Origin: an uncultured candidate division Zixibacteria bacterium | GTDB taxonomy: Bacteria > Zixibacteria > MSB-5A5 > UBA10806 > 4484-95 | Reading direction: 5' to 3' | DNA: 64,000 nucleotides | Assembly (NCBI GenBank): GCA_963668625.2 | Contig: CAXXKA010000010.1 | Span: 160,001 to 224,000, forward strand | Shown: piece by piece, positions 28,597 through 39,076 of the stretch | Position numbering within the stretch: position 1 is the first letter of the stretch | How the letters are laid out: every line of letters starts with the position of its first letter | Program-made: the position numbers and the translations under genes | The notes under the pieces: model-generated | Database searches by the model: none | What the model saw: the letters and a program-made list of their open reading frames with translations, nothing else | Told to the model about the DNA's origin: nothing

Positions 28597-30216
28597 CTAC
28601 CCCATGAACGGATATTTATAATCCTTCGGCGGGATGAAAGTCTCCTTTATCGTGCGGGCCGAGGTCCAGCGGATCAGGTTCAAGAGGCTGCCGGCTTTGT
28701 CGTTAGTGCCGGAGCCGCGCGCGCCGCCAAACGGCTGCTGACCGACTACCGCGCCGGTGGGCTTATCGTTAATGTAGAAATTGCCCGCCGCTTGACGGAG
28801 AATGTTGGTGGCTTTCACTATCGCCTTGCGGTCACGAGCGAATATCGCGCCGGTTAAGGCATACGGCGAGGTCTGGTCGCAGATCTTCAGGGTCTTCTCG
28901 AAATCCTCATCCTCGTACACGTACACGGTCACGACCGGCCCGAATATCTCCTCCTCCATCAGTTTGAAATGCGGCTCGGTGGTCTCGACCAGTGTCGGCT
29001 CGATATACCAGCCTTTGCTCGAATCGTAATTGCCGCCGAATACGATCTCGGCCTGATGAGCATCCTTGACGAAATCGATATAGGCGGTGATCGACTCGAA
29101 CGCGCCTTTATCGATTACGGCGTTGAAGAAGCACGAGAAATCATCAGCCGGGCCCATCTTTATCTCGTTGGCGTGATTGGTGAGTGTCTCTTTAATCGAG
29201 GGCCACAGCGAGCGCGGGATATAGCATCGACTGACAGCCGAGCATTTCTGGCCCTGGTACTCGAAACCGCCGCGGGTGATAGCGGTGGCAACCTGGTCGG
29301 GATCGGCCGAGGGATGCGCGAACACGAAATCCTTACCGCCGGTTTCGCCGACTATGCGTGGATACGAACGATAACGTTTGATATTGGTGCCGACAGTCTT
29401 CCACATGGTCTGGAACACCTCGGTCGAACCGGTGAAATGAATACCGGCCAGATCTTTGTTTTTCAGGAGAATACCGCCGACATCGGCGCCGCGAGCTGTA
29501 ACCATGTTGACTACGCCATCAGGTAAACCGGCCTCTTTGAGAATTTTCATGATGAAATAAGCGGTGTAAACGACGCTCGAGGCGGGTTTCCAAACCACGG
29601 TGTTGCCCATGATAGCCGGGGCGGTCGGCAGGTTACCGGCGATACTCACGAAATTAAACGGGGTAACCGCGAACACGAATCCCTCCAGCGGGCGGTACTC
29701 GACACGGTTCCACATGGTAGGCTGATTGCCCGGCTGCATGTCATAAATTTCCTGCGCGTACTGGACATTATAGCGGAAGAAATCGACCAGCTCGCAGACA
29801 GCGTCAATCTCGGCCTGGAACGCGTTCTTGGAATGCCCCAGCATGGTGGCGGCGTTGAACTCGTAACGGTACGGCCCGGCGATCAGGTCGGCGGCTTTTA
29901 AAAATATTGCCGCTTTCTGTTCCCAGGGCATCGCTTCCCACATCGGTTTGGCGCGCATTGCTGCCTTGATAGCGTTGCGGACATCATCGGATGAACCTTT
30001 TGAATATGTACCCAGTTTGAGTTCGTGATCGTGCGGGGCAGTCATCTCGACTTTATTATCGTTGCGAATCTCCTCCGAACCGATATACATCGGAACATCG
30101 ACAGGATTAGCCTTAAGGGTTAATATAGCGGCTTCTAATTTAGAGCGCTCGTGAGTGCCGGGTGCGTAATTCCATACCGGCTCGTTTGTCGGTACCGGAA
30201 CGCGGAAATTTCCCAT
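28597..30216 (-). CDS. pruA: L-glutamate gamma-semialdehyde (P5C) dehydrogenase
   Basis: NEPV..YAPG, QAEIDAVCE, FTGST, GETGGKDF, FEYQGQKCSA, NDKPTGAVVGQQPFGG. Confidence 0.96.
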   Translation of the reverse strand: MGNFRVPVPTNEPVWNYAPGTHERSKLEAAILTLKANPVDVPMYIGSEEIRNDNKVEMTAPHDHELKLGTYSKGSSDDVRNAIKAAMRAKPMWEAMPWEQKAAIFLKAADLIAGPYRYEFNAATMLGHSKNAFQAEIDAVCELVDFFRYNVQYAQEIYDMQPGNQPTMWNRVEYRPLEGFVFAVTPFNFVSIAGNLPTAPAIMGNTVVWKPASSVVYTAYFIMKILKEAGLPDGVVNMVTARGADVGGILLKNKDLAGIHFTGSTEVFQTMWKTVGTNIKRYRSYPRIVGETGGKDFVFAHPSADPDQVATAITRGGFEYQGQKCSAVSRCYIPRSLWPSIKETLTNHANEIKMGPADDFSCFFNAVIDKGAFESITAYIDFVKDAHQAEIVFGGNYDSSKGWYIEPTLVETTEPHFKLMEEEIFGPVVTVYVYEDEDFEKTLKICDQTSPYALTGAIFARDRKAIVKATNILRQAAGNFYINDKPTGAVVGQQPFGGARGSGTNDKAGSLLNLIRWTSARTIKETFIPPKDYKYPFMG

Positions 30217-30635
30217 TTGTAACCTCCTGATATTTATCAGTTTAATTATTCATCGCAAACAAACGATATTCCCGTGCCGTTGTGGCATCCCTTGCGGGGT
30301 TTTCGCGGGAATGACAGTTCTATTTTAATGCCCCTAATAATATTGATAAAAGGCTTATAGTCAAGGGATTTTGGGGGGTGTCGTAGTGAAGTGTTTTCCG
30401 GGTGTTAGGAAAGGAATATTAACGGATTAAAGATCGAGAATGTAGATCGAATTTAGTCAATCGTCTTTATGAGTAAATAGACAACACGGACCGTAAAATA
30501 TATCTTGACAGGGAAATTATTTCCAACATATTGAAATCGCATCATTGGTTATGTCAGCTATTTTCAGGGTTTTTCATTTCCAGTTCTTTAACAGATTTTT
30601 AAATAACGAGATACGCTTTTCTCATGGAGGTGTAT

Positions 30636-32108
30636 GTGAGATACTATATTTGTTGCTTGATGACGTTCTGCCTGGTTTTCGTTTGTTGTTCCGATGATGA
30701 TCCGACACAGCCGGAGCAGAATACTTCTTTTTATTTGAGTAGATTAGTCGTCTCGATGGTTCCCGGAGCCAGTGAGACAGTCAGGATCGTGGCGGCTGAT
30801 TTCGATTGGAGCGCCGATGAATTCGAGGTGGATAATCACTCTCCATCTATAGCCTCGGTTACACTGACTGATTCCCTGATAGAAATTACCGGCTTGAGCT
30901 ATGGGATCGACACTCTCAGAATAACCAGTGATGGTTCAACATCTGCTATATTACCGGTGCAGGTTTATAGTCCTCGAGTGATCGATACAGGAGAACTGCT
31001 TATTACCTATACCGATGAGTTCCAATTCGTATATCAATACGCTATGCACCCGGGTACTGAGGTTTATTTCTATAAACCTATCGCCCCTGAGGGTTTTTAC
31101 GCTTTAGGTAGTTTTGCCGCATGTTGCGATCCAAACGGACTATTATCAATGATGGTCGTGCAAGCCAAAACGGGTTCTGATGCTGTTAGTTTTACGACTG
31201 AATTTACTGATTACGACTCCCATATTCATAACCCTGTAGCTCCAGAGGGATATATGGCAATGGGGCAAGTCGTCACAGCCACAGGACAAACACCCGAATC
31301 GACTGCTTGTCTACGCGAGGACCTTACGATTCCCGGCTGTTGTAACGTGTTTTGGAATGATGTAGATAATTATGGCAATTGGAATAGCTGCTGGTACATC
31401 AGCCAACCGGCCGTAGATTGTCATGAGAACGCTTACCTGGAGTCCGGAGGATTTATCTTCAGGTACGGCAATACCGAGCCATCCAGTCCACTTGTGAATG
31501 TTGTCAATGTAAATTTGCCCTTACTGGCCGAGGCGCCTTCACAGGAGTATGTGCCATCTTTAACAGGCTACGATGTGCCCACCGACGGCACGGTGCCGAA
31601 GATGGAGAAAAGTTTGCTGGTGCCATGCATGATTATCAGAGATGGCGACCATGACCAACCCTGGCGAATACACAACTCGCCTTTCTACCGTTTGGAGAGA
31701 CAGGTATTCTACAAATATATCAATCACTACGATAACAGTCAGGGTTCGATGGCGCAATCTTTCCACTGGGAAATATCCTATGGAATGACTACCACTCAAT
31801 CTCAAACAGTCTGGGAGGAAACCGGAGTAGAATTATCAGTCGAGGCCGGAGTCAGTATCTATGGCGCTCATGAAAATATAACAGCTACGGTAAGCGAGAA
31901 AATGGGTTACGAATCAATGAACTCGATCAGCGAGCTGCAATCCAATACGTTAACCATAGATGTCAACGTCCCGGCGCATAAGGCGGCCGCGCTCTGGCAA
32001 CGCTACAATCGGTTCGTGCTATACCGTCACAATGGAACCGATTTAGAGCCGGTATCCAGTTGGCAATGCGGTATCAACAGCTATGTTATGGATGAGTATC
32101 CGGATTAG
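30636..32108 (+). CDS. Lipoprotein with Ig-like, Vps62-like and C-terminal Toxin_10 (Bin/Tpp)-like domains
   Basis: GGAGG then GTG; lipobox-like FVCC-SDDD; two P.APEG(F/Y).A(L/M)G repeats; SPFYRLERQVFY...YGMTTTQSQT....TGVELSVEAG...ALWQ...FVLYRHNGT. Confidence 0.75.
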   Translation: MRYYICCLMTFCLVFVCCSDDDPTQPEQNTSFYLSRLVVSMVPGASETVRIVAADFDWSADEFEVDNHSPSIASVTLTDSLIEITGLSYGIDTLRITSDGSTSAILPVQVYSPRVIDTGELLITYTDEFQFVYQYAMHPGTEVYFYKPIAPEGFYALGSFAACCDPNGLLSMMVVQAKTGSDAVSFTTEFTDYDSHIHNPVAPEGYMAMGQVVTATGQTPESTACLREDLTIPGCCNVFWNDVDNYGNWNSCWYISQPAVDCHENAYLESGGFIFRYGNTEPSSPLVNVVNVNLPLLAEAPSQEYVPSLTGYDVPTDGTVPKMEKSLLVPCMIIRDGDHDQPWRIHNSPFYRLERQVFYKYINHYDNSQGSMAQSFHWEISYGMTTTQSQTVWEETGVELSVEAGVSIYGAHENITATVSEKMGYESMNSISELQSNTLTIDVNVPAHKAAALWQRYNRFVLYRHNGTDLEPVSSWQCGINSYVMDEYPD

Positions 32109-32313
32109 AGATAGTTTACAATGCGAGGTCAGAATTAACGGATTTGATCTCGATTGTCCGTGGTTGGGGTACGTTCTCGCTTGCCCCGGTGATGCCCCAA
32201 CTGGTTTGCCTGCTAACAAAAGCTGGCGGACGAGGGCGTCCGCCAGCCAAAGGATAAGTTGGTGATACTTTATTACCGTTGGATTGCATGCGCACTGGAA
32301 AATAAACAGCGTA

Positions 32314-33383
32314 TTATACCGGTAGTACCGATAAATCGAGGTTGATTGTTTTCATCAAGCCCTCAAGCTCCGAGATATCGATATCGTTCTCCGCTTCGAT
32401 TCTCTCAAGCGCCTCATCCCGGCTGATTATACCGGCTCGCACGAGCTGGCTGTAGAAATCATCTTTCTCTGTAAGACCCAACCGCTTGAGGTACAGGTAG
32501 TCTTTCAGATGCCCTATCCGACAGTCGAAACGCCAACTGCCGAGATTGTGATCCGCGAAACTCCATCCCAACTCATTGCTGATACGCTCGATGATTTGTT
32601 TCTCATCCCACTCGATGTAATGAAACAGGTCAAGCTTCTCGATTCCCCGTCCCATAAATCGTACCATAGGGGAATACGGGTTGCTGTATATATAGCCGTT
32701 TATCATCGGCATAACCGTCGAGGGTTTGAGATAGCTCATGTTATTCATCACGCGCTTAACCAGCCCGAACAGATATGCCGAGTAATAGCTTTTTACCGAC
32801 TGATTCTGATTACCTCCGAGCATAGCCCGCTTGAACGAGGTTTGCTCGTACAAATTCCCGCCCGAGGCGATGAGCTTGATATCATTATCCCGGGCTATTC
32901 GGAGAATGTTGCGCCATATCAGCTTGCAGGATACGCAAACCATCGGTACCAGAGCCGGGTCCAGCTTTTGAAGAAGAGCTGCCAGGTTCGTTCGCAGAAG
33001 ATTTTCATGGTATCCCTGTTTGAATGAAAACGATATCAAATCTACATCAAGTATACGTTTTATGTTTTCGATATTTTTCGTTGCTATAGGATGTGTAAAC
33101 GGATTGCGATAATTTACCGCCAGTACTTTCATATCATAGTCATTAACCAGCTTTAAAATCGTATACGAGCTGTCCCGTCCTCCGCTGATATTCACTATGT
33201 AATCGAATTTAGATTTTCTGGCTTTCGTATCTTTAATAATCTTTTCGAGCGCGTTCCGTCCATGCAGTTTTATCTTCTGATATGATTGGCAATAGCTGCA
33301 TTCGCCTTTCTCGTCGAACTCGATAGACGGTGTCGATGAGGGCATGATACAGGTTTTACATCTGGTAGCGGGTTTTAAGGCAT
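32314..33383 (-). CDS. N-acetyl-sugar amidotransferase-like PP-loop protein; start ambiguous
   Basis: ISGGRDSSY, FDEKGECSYC, CVSC, RFDC. The N-terminal RCKTCIMP lies upstream of the first in-frame ATG (33345); ATG 33383 is 1 nt out of frame. Confidence 0.8.
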
Positions 33384-33613
33384 ACTCCGTTTAAGTATAT
33401 TACCGCATAAAAATATTGACAAAATAATATCACTACTTCATTAATTTTAATAACGCCATCTATTACCGTACTGTCAAGATATTTGGTATTAATAGTCAGT
33501 GAAAGCTTTGCAGGTTATATACCCGGATAATCGGGCGGATGCTTGAAGCACGTTGTGAGGGGGCTACTAAAGGGGTGCACATCCGCCCGGTAGGGTGAAA
33601 CATTGGAATTTTG

Positions 33614-34423
33614 TCAGGCCAAACTCAAACTAACTATTCGTGGCGCGATATATGGTCTGATAAATGGCAGCCTGACTATATAGCCTATTATCCCGGCGTG
33701 TTCTTTATAGAAATCGAAATAACACCATTCATCCAAGATCTTTATACCCGGCGCCCACATGGTAAGCTCATTACTGTCTTTAATACCCCATTTGAATTCC
33801 GGGGCATCCTCCATTTTACTTAAGCTATCGTGATGTTTGCTTTTACCGACTATAAGCGGTCCCATAACCTCGAGAAGCATGTTTGCTTTTGAGAATCTTT
33901 CGGTAAGTTTTCTCATCAGAGGTTTCAGTCTGTCTTCCTCGAAATACATGAAAAGCCCCTCGGCGATTATCATAACCGGCCTGCCCTCATCCTGAATCTC
34001 ATCAAACCACGAGAAATCGAACATCGATTTGGGAATGAGGTTGTAGTTTTCAGATGCTTGGAAAAAATTACGCCGAAGCTCTATTGCCTCGGGGACATCC
34101 AGATCGTACCATATAGTTTTATCGAGATGCAGCCTTTCGCGGCGAGTATCTAATCCCGCGCCTAAATTTATTACCAGGCAATCATCGTGTTCGTTAACGA
34201 ATTTCAAGAGAGCATTATCCAAAAGCATGGTTCTTATACAAACCCCAAGATGAGATAACTTAGCTGATTTGAATTTATCAAAATCGTAATCTATTTGGGA
34301 TACTATCTCCCGCGCTTTGAAATCGCGAACGATCGCCTCGCGCTTTTCGCTTTCTGAGGCCCTGATAGCCAACGGAATCAGCAGCGTTTCGGGAATCCCG
34401 GATAAATTTTGTTTTATCATCAT
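33614..34423 (-). CDS. Class I SAM-dependent methyltransferase (LCM/TcmP-like)
   Basis: ETLLIPLAIRA, VINLGAGLDTR, WYDLDVPE, IAEGLFMYF. Confidence 0.92.
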   Translation of the reverse strand: MMIKQNLSGIPETLLIPLAIRASESEKREAIVRDFKAREIVSQIDYDFDKFKSAKLSHLGVCIRTMLLDNALLKFVNEHDDCLVINLGAGLDTRRERLHLDKTIWYDLDVPEAIELRRNFFQASENYNLIPKSMFDFSWFDEIQDEGRPVMIIAEGLFMYFEEDRLKPLMRKLTERFSKANMLLEVMGPLIVGKSKHHDSLSKMEDAPEFKWGIKDSNELTMWAPGIKILDEWCYFDFYKEHAGIIGYIVRLPFIRPYIAPRIVSLSLA

Positions 34424-34518
34424 ACACTCTCACGGATTTTAATATCATCTTAAGCCGGGCCCCAGGAGGCAGGAAACGGGACCCGGCGTTCAAGAGAGAC
34501 GAAACAATGGCAGAAATT

Positions 34519-35370
34519 TTATTTAACTAAAACCATCTTCCGGGTAGAACTCATCGTACCGGCGTTGATGTTCACGAAATATATCCCCGAGGGATATTCA
34601 CCGGCGTTCCATGTTTGATGATAATACCCGGCCTGCTGATAGCCGTTAACCAGCTCTTCCACTTTGTGCCCGAGTATGTTGTATATCTCTATCGCGACAT
34701 CGGCGGCCTCAGGCAAACTGTATTCGATATTGGTGGAGGCATTGAACGGGTTGGGATACGCGCCAAGTGTTAACTGTTCGGGCAGGGAATTCCTATCATC
34801 CTCGATATCGGTGATCGTGGTTAGCTCGAGGTACGGACGGTACGACTGATTGGCCTCTTTCGAGTAAAACTTGCTGAACTTGCTGCCCGGGGTAGCCCCC
34901 AGCACGAAACCGTAATTCACGATATCACCATCAAGCCAGGCCTGAATCATATCGGTGACATCCATCTCGTGCCAGCCGTTAACCGAGAAATTGTAGTAAC
35001 CGTATTCGGTATCGCCATGGTTTATATGCACGGTTTCAGGCCAGGTATCCTCATCCCAGTCCACGCTGATATCGTACATGATCGTGCCGGTGACTCCGCC
35101 GCTGGGACATCCGAAAAAGCGGTACATGTGAAGAACCGCCGTATCGACCGTACGCCCCATGTAAGCCTCAAGATCGAATCTCATCATGAGGCGTTGATAG
35201 TTGGAGGCGGCAGGGAAATTGGCAACCCAGATCTGCTCGGCGGGATTGCTGCCGCCAAACTCGGGATCGGTGTACATATCATCCGAGGGGTAAATCGTAT
35301 CAGCCGATACGCTGGCTACGCCGATTGTTAAAACCAGCGCTAATATTATCATATCAATTAAATATCTCAT
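34519..35370 (-). CDS. Secreted DNRLRE/CBM96-like domain protein with T9SS-type C-terminal domain
   Basis: RLMMRFDL, WDEDTW, DVTDMIQAW..G...NYGFVL, FYSKE...RPYL; AYPNPFN CTD. Confidence 0.85.
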   Translation of the reverse strand: MRYLIDMIILALVLTIGVASVSADTIYPSDDMYTDPEFGGSNPAEQIWVANFPAASNYQRLMMRFDLEAYMGRTVDTAVLHMYRFFGCPSGGVTGTIMYDISVDWDEDTWPETVHINHGDTEYGYYNFSVNGWHEMDVTDMIQAWLDGDIVNYGFVLGATPGSKFSKFYSKEANQSYRPYLELTTITDIEDDRNSLPEQLTLGAYPNPFNASTNIEYSLPEAADVAIEIYNILGHKVEELVNGYQQAGYYHQTWNAGEYPSGIYFVNINAGTMSSTRKMVLVK

Positions 35371-35397
35371 TTTTATTTCCTCACTACTCTCGTTTTA

Positions 35398-36510
35398 TTA
35401 AAAACCGCCGGTTAATCTCACTATCAGACGTTTGGCCTCATCGAACGTGCCATCAGGAGAATCCAGGGGCATCTCATAATCTATTTTCAGCTCAGCCTTA
35501 TCCGATCCCAGCCCGATGGCGGCGCCTATAGCCAGGTATGACAGCTTGTTGTCGCCGTCGGCGTTGGAGGCTTTATCCCAGGACTGATACATGGCGAACG
35601 GCCGTATATAGGGTAGCCTGTCATTGCCGGTATCGAACTGGTAACCGCCCTGCACGTAAAAAGCGCGCGATTCGAGATCTTCATCAGTTAAAGTATCGCC
35701 GCTGGCCGTGTATTCTCGAATCGGGTTGGTATCGATATATCCGTTTATGAAATAGAACTCGCTCCTGAATATCACGCCGTAATTGGCATAGTCGATACCC
35801 ATGCCCAACCTGGTACCATCATAGCTGAAAGCCCTGAAATCGGCGATTTCGGGATCGTACTCGCTTACTTTCCACTGCCAGCCGGTAACGAATCCCCCTA
35901 CCGACAAACCGGGATAAGGCGTATGAAATTTCAAACCGAGGTTGATATCATGCTCATCCTCGATAGTACTGTTGCCGCTGTTGCCGGCGTTGAAAGTCAG
36001 TTGGGCGTCAAAACCCATGTTATCATCGAACATATAGTTAGACTGAACAACCGCGCCAATCGGATGGCAGGGGAAGATACTCTTGAATCGCGGTTTCTCG
36101 GCGGTTAAAACCTCGGTGCATTCCTGGTGTAGCTCGAATCCTCTCATGATATGTCCCTGGAAGAAGCCCAGCTTGAGGAATCGGTAAGGTTTGTAGAATA
36201 TACCGGCTTCCGATAAGGCCAGGCTTCCCGAGGTCGTGCAACCGCCGCCCGTGCAGGTGGAAAGACCTACCTCGATATTGTATTCGATATATTCGCCCAG
36301 CTCGCCCTCGGCCTCTATTGCCGCGTGACGGATTTCTATCTTGTCGCTGGAGGAACTGAGGAAGGGGATTTGCTCGTCCTCATCGATATAGAACACCGAT
36401 TGAATCGAGACATCCGCGTGAATCTCCGGCAGTTCGAAATCATCGGCAAAGAGGTTTTGCGCCGGCACGATTAAGAGCACTACCGTTAAAATCAATAATA
36501 CTAGTTTCAT
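35398..36510 (-). CDS. Porin-like outer-membrane protein
   Basis: Signal peptide; IRHAAIEAEG, FLKLG, FYVQGGY, C-terminal RLIVRLTGGF. Resembles OprO/P-type barrels. Confidence 0.7.
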   Translation of the reverse strand: MKLVLLILTVVLLIVPAQNLFADDFELPEIHADVSIQSVFYIDEDEQIPFLSSSSDKIEIRHAAIEAEGELGEYIEYNIEVGLSTCTGGGCTTSGSLALSEAGIFYKPYRFLKLGFFQGHIMRGFELHQECTEVLTAEKPRFKSIFPCHPIGAVVQSNYMFDDNMGFDAQLTFNAGNSGNSTIEDEHDINLGLKFHTPYPGLSVGGFVTGWQWKVSEYDPEIADFRAFSYDGTRLGMGIDYANYGVIFRSEFYFINGYIDTNPIREYTASGDTLTDEDLESRAFYVQGGYQFDTGNDRLPYIRPFAMYQSWDKASNADGDNKLSYLAIGAAIGLGSDKAELKIDYEMPLDSPDGTFDEAKRLIVRLTGGF

Positions 36511-36616
36511 ATAGAATTAAATCCTTTCACTCACTACTGGTTAATAACCGTAATAATTTAGACTGTTGGCGCCCGCTATGCTATCAGCGAGATAGCCAAA
36601 CATCAGTTATGGCCCG

Positions 36617-36982
36617 TTAGTTAAAGTGGAAAGGAGGAGAACGGCCTGAGAGTATCAGGTATACGCATTGTGATTTAAGATCTGATAACATCACAAGGCT
36701 GGTTAAACGAGGATAGTCGGGGATTGGTAAATTAATCGGAGCTGAAATCACTATCGAGGCTGTTGCTTTATTCAGTAAAGATATAGCTTTAAATTCGATA
36801 TTGGAATGTTTATGGGGATCATTTCCGTCTCGCGAGTCGCTATGGGGATGGCTGTGGACTATAACCTCACCTGTGACGGAGTAGTGAACATGCAAGAAGG
36901 CGACACTACTGTAAACATAGAGCGCAATACATAACGCCATCACAATTGAGAACGCCCTGATTATTTTGTCGTAAGTAGTCAA
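36617..36982 (-). CDS. His-rich DUF2946-like leader protein ending in RSPP
   Basis: TM helix, HVH...HSHPH...HKH, C-terminal LSGRSPP. Confidence 0.7.
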   Translation of the reverse strand: MTTYDKIIRAFSIVMALCIALYVYSSVAFLHVHYSVTGEVIVHSHPHSDSRDGNDPHKHSNIEFKAISLLNKATASIVISAPINLPIPDYPRLTSLVMLSDLKSQCVYLILSGRSPPFHFN

Positions 36983-37257
36983 GATTTCACTCGTCGAATT
37001 TTGTTAGACATGCCTAATAATAAAGAATTGAGATTGTTTGTCAAGATTTATTGTGATATTATTCACAAAAAATACCAGTTCCTTAGGGACTATAGTTTGC
37101 TTTCCAGATAGTTTATTTCAGTGATAATGCCTTACTCGTTATTGATAAGTTAAAGGGAATCAATATGATGGGGCCCTTTAAAATGCTTTTAAGTAAGGTT
37201 TTTACTCTTAAAAAGTGTTGAGGTTACCTCACATGAATGGGTGATTTATACTATCAA

Positions 37258-38937
37258 TCAATCGTAGTTAATGAACCACTCTTTCGCCAGTTTCTTGGTA
37301 ATTCTGATAATTTCCCTGTCCTGCTCCTGAAGAGCGCCACGCTCGATTAACGTATCTATTGCGCGGGGAAGAACCACCATACTGTTACGCACCGGTATCA
37401 GGGCCGGGTAATATTCGTTATTGAAAAATGTCCTGTACCGGTGACGGCTTCTCTTACTATCCAGCATAATGCCGATAGCGTTTTCCAACTCTTTACCCTG
37501 AAGGTTGACCAGTACCTCTTTCGGTGATTGCATTACCTCGATAGTGTGCTCGATACTGGAATTGCATTTAAATCGTGTTTGCCAGACCTCCACGACCCCC
37601 AGTGAGTTGACCGCCATCGTGTTGACATGGATAGTGTTGTCATTTTTATTGATTTTCACTCCGCCCATGAACGGCAGGAAATAATTATCGGTTATACTAC
37701 CAAATGCCGAGATACCACCGGCGTAGGGATCCTCCAGTATATCTTTAATCGTGAAAAACGGCTTTTGCTCGAAACGGGCGTCCTGGATTTGCATGAACTC
37801 ATCCTCGGTATAGTGGAAACGCTCTTTCCATTTCTCCTCCGGAGTCAAATCCTTACGGGTGAGCGAACTCTGGCTGGTAAGCATACCCAGCGCCTGGCCG
37901 CCTCGCCAGATTAGCGGTAAAACAGCTACGGCCCATTCGGCGGAACCGCCGATCTCGCCTATCATCGAATTCAAATGACGGCCATCCGGGAAAGCTATAT
38001 CATCGTAACCAAGCAGCGTAGCCGGGAACATGTCACCGTCCTTATCGTACGGGGTAGCTACGCCATGTTTATTTAATATGTCCATAGCGGGGTAGTGGCG
38101 GTTTCTATCCAGGAAGAATGAGCTCAGTTTTTCCACACTGGGCAAACCATAGGAACGAGCGATAATTTCGGCGGCCTCCATGATTTTAGCTTCGCGGGGA
38201 TTGAATTCCTCGAAAAAAGCTCCTCCCATCCAGCGCTGCACGTAAATATCTGGCAGGTGACGTTTGACATTGGATTCGGTTACGAACAGCGAGGTGAAAC
38301 TGGAGTGAATTCCTTTGACCGATTTGGTCGTACCGTCAATGACATCATTACCCATAGAAAGTAACGTAACGTTTTGAGGCATTTCCAGACCGTATTGTTC
38401 GCGATGATGTTCCTTGCCGAACAGGGCTCCTACCGCGATTGTCGGATTACCGCCGGCCTCCTTGCCGGGTTTGACACGCACACCTTCTGTTATCCGTGAC
38501 TCGATTAAGACCTCCTCGCCCAGAGGTAAGGTATCGGTGGTGGTTTGAAGTACCTCCGCCATGATCTGGGCGGCAGTCCGGTCGTTAGCGCGCTTGAGTT
38601 CGTTAATAAGCGTATTATCGGATTGCCTGTCTTTCGGATAATCATTGAGACTGGCCCTGCCTTTGAGACCCACGCCGGCCGCTGCCAGCGCCGCTGAAAG
38701 TACGACAGATTCGCGCAATTGACGGTTACGAAGAGCCCCGAGATTGGAGAGATTGTTGAACCTGTCATCCAGAGTCAAAACATTACATTCATCCAGTTCC
38801 AGGTCGTAATTATTCAAAGCCGTTAGATGTCTGTGATTGAACTCGAGAAGTCTATCTTTGTTGAAACTGTAGGTCTTATGCGAACCATTATATACTATCC
38901 GCCTATCAGCTATATCGAATCGCAGTTGATTTTGCAT
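37258..38937 (-). CDS. Divergent, extended class II fructose-1,6-bisphosphatase (GlpX)-like protein
   Basis: DVIDGT, LDRNRH, DGD, IGGSAE motifs in GlpX order. Confidence 0.65.
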   Translation of the reverse strand: MQNQLRFDIADRRIVYNGSHKTYSFNKDRLLEFNHRHLTALNNYDLELDECNVLTLDDRFNNLSNLGALRNRQLRESVVLSAALAAAGVGLKGRASLNDYPKDRQSDNTLINELKRANDRTAAQIMAEVLQTTTDTLPLGEEVLIESRITEGVRVKPGKEAGGNPTIAVGALFGKEHHREQYGLEMPQNVTLLSMGNDVIDGTTKSVKGIHSSFTSLFVTESNVKRHLPDIYVQRWMGGAFFEEFNPREAKIMEAAEIIARSYGLPSVEKLSSFFLDRNRHYPAMDILNKHGVATPYDKDGDMFPATLLGYDDIAFPDGRHLNSMIGEIGGSAEWAVAVLPLIWRGGQALGMLTSQSSLTRKDLTPEEKWKERFHYTEDEFMQIQDARFEQKPFFTIKDILEDPYAGGISAFGSITDNYFLPFMGGVKINKNDNTIHVNTMAVNSLGVVEVWQTRFKCNSSIEHTIEVMQSPKEVLVNLQGKELENAIGIMLDSKRSRHRYRTFFNNEYYPALIPVRNSMVVLPRAIDTLIERGALQEQDREIIRITKKLAKEWFINYD

Positions 38938-39076
38938 ATCGCCCTCTTTATTTTAAAAAGCATCTATCAAAGTAACGAGGCCAAAATAAGCCTATTTTAA
39001 CCTAATATGATAGCATTTTAAGAAATGAAAATCAACACCAACTGGCAATTTATATGATTTATTATATGTTAATGGA

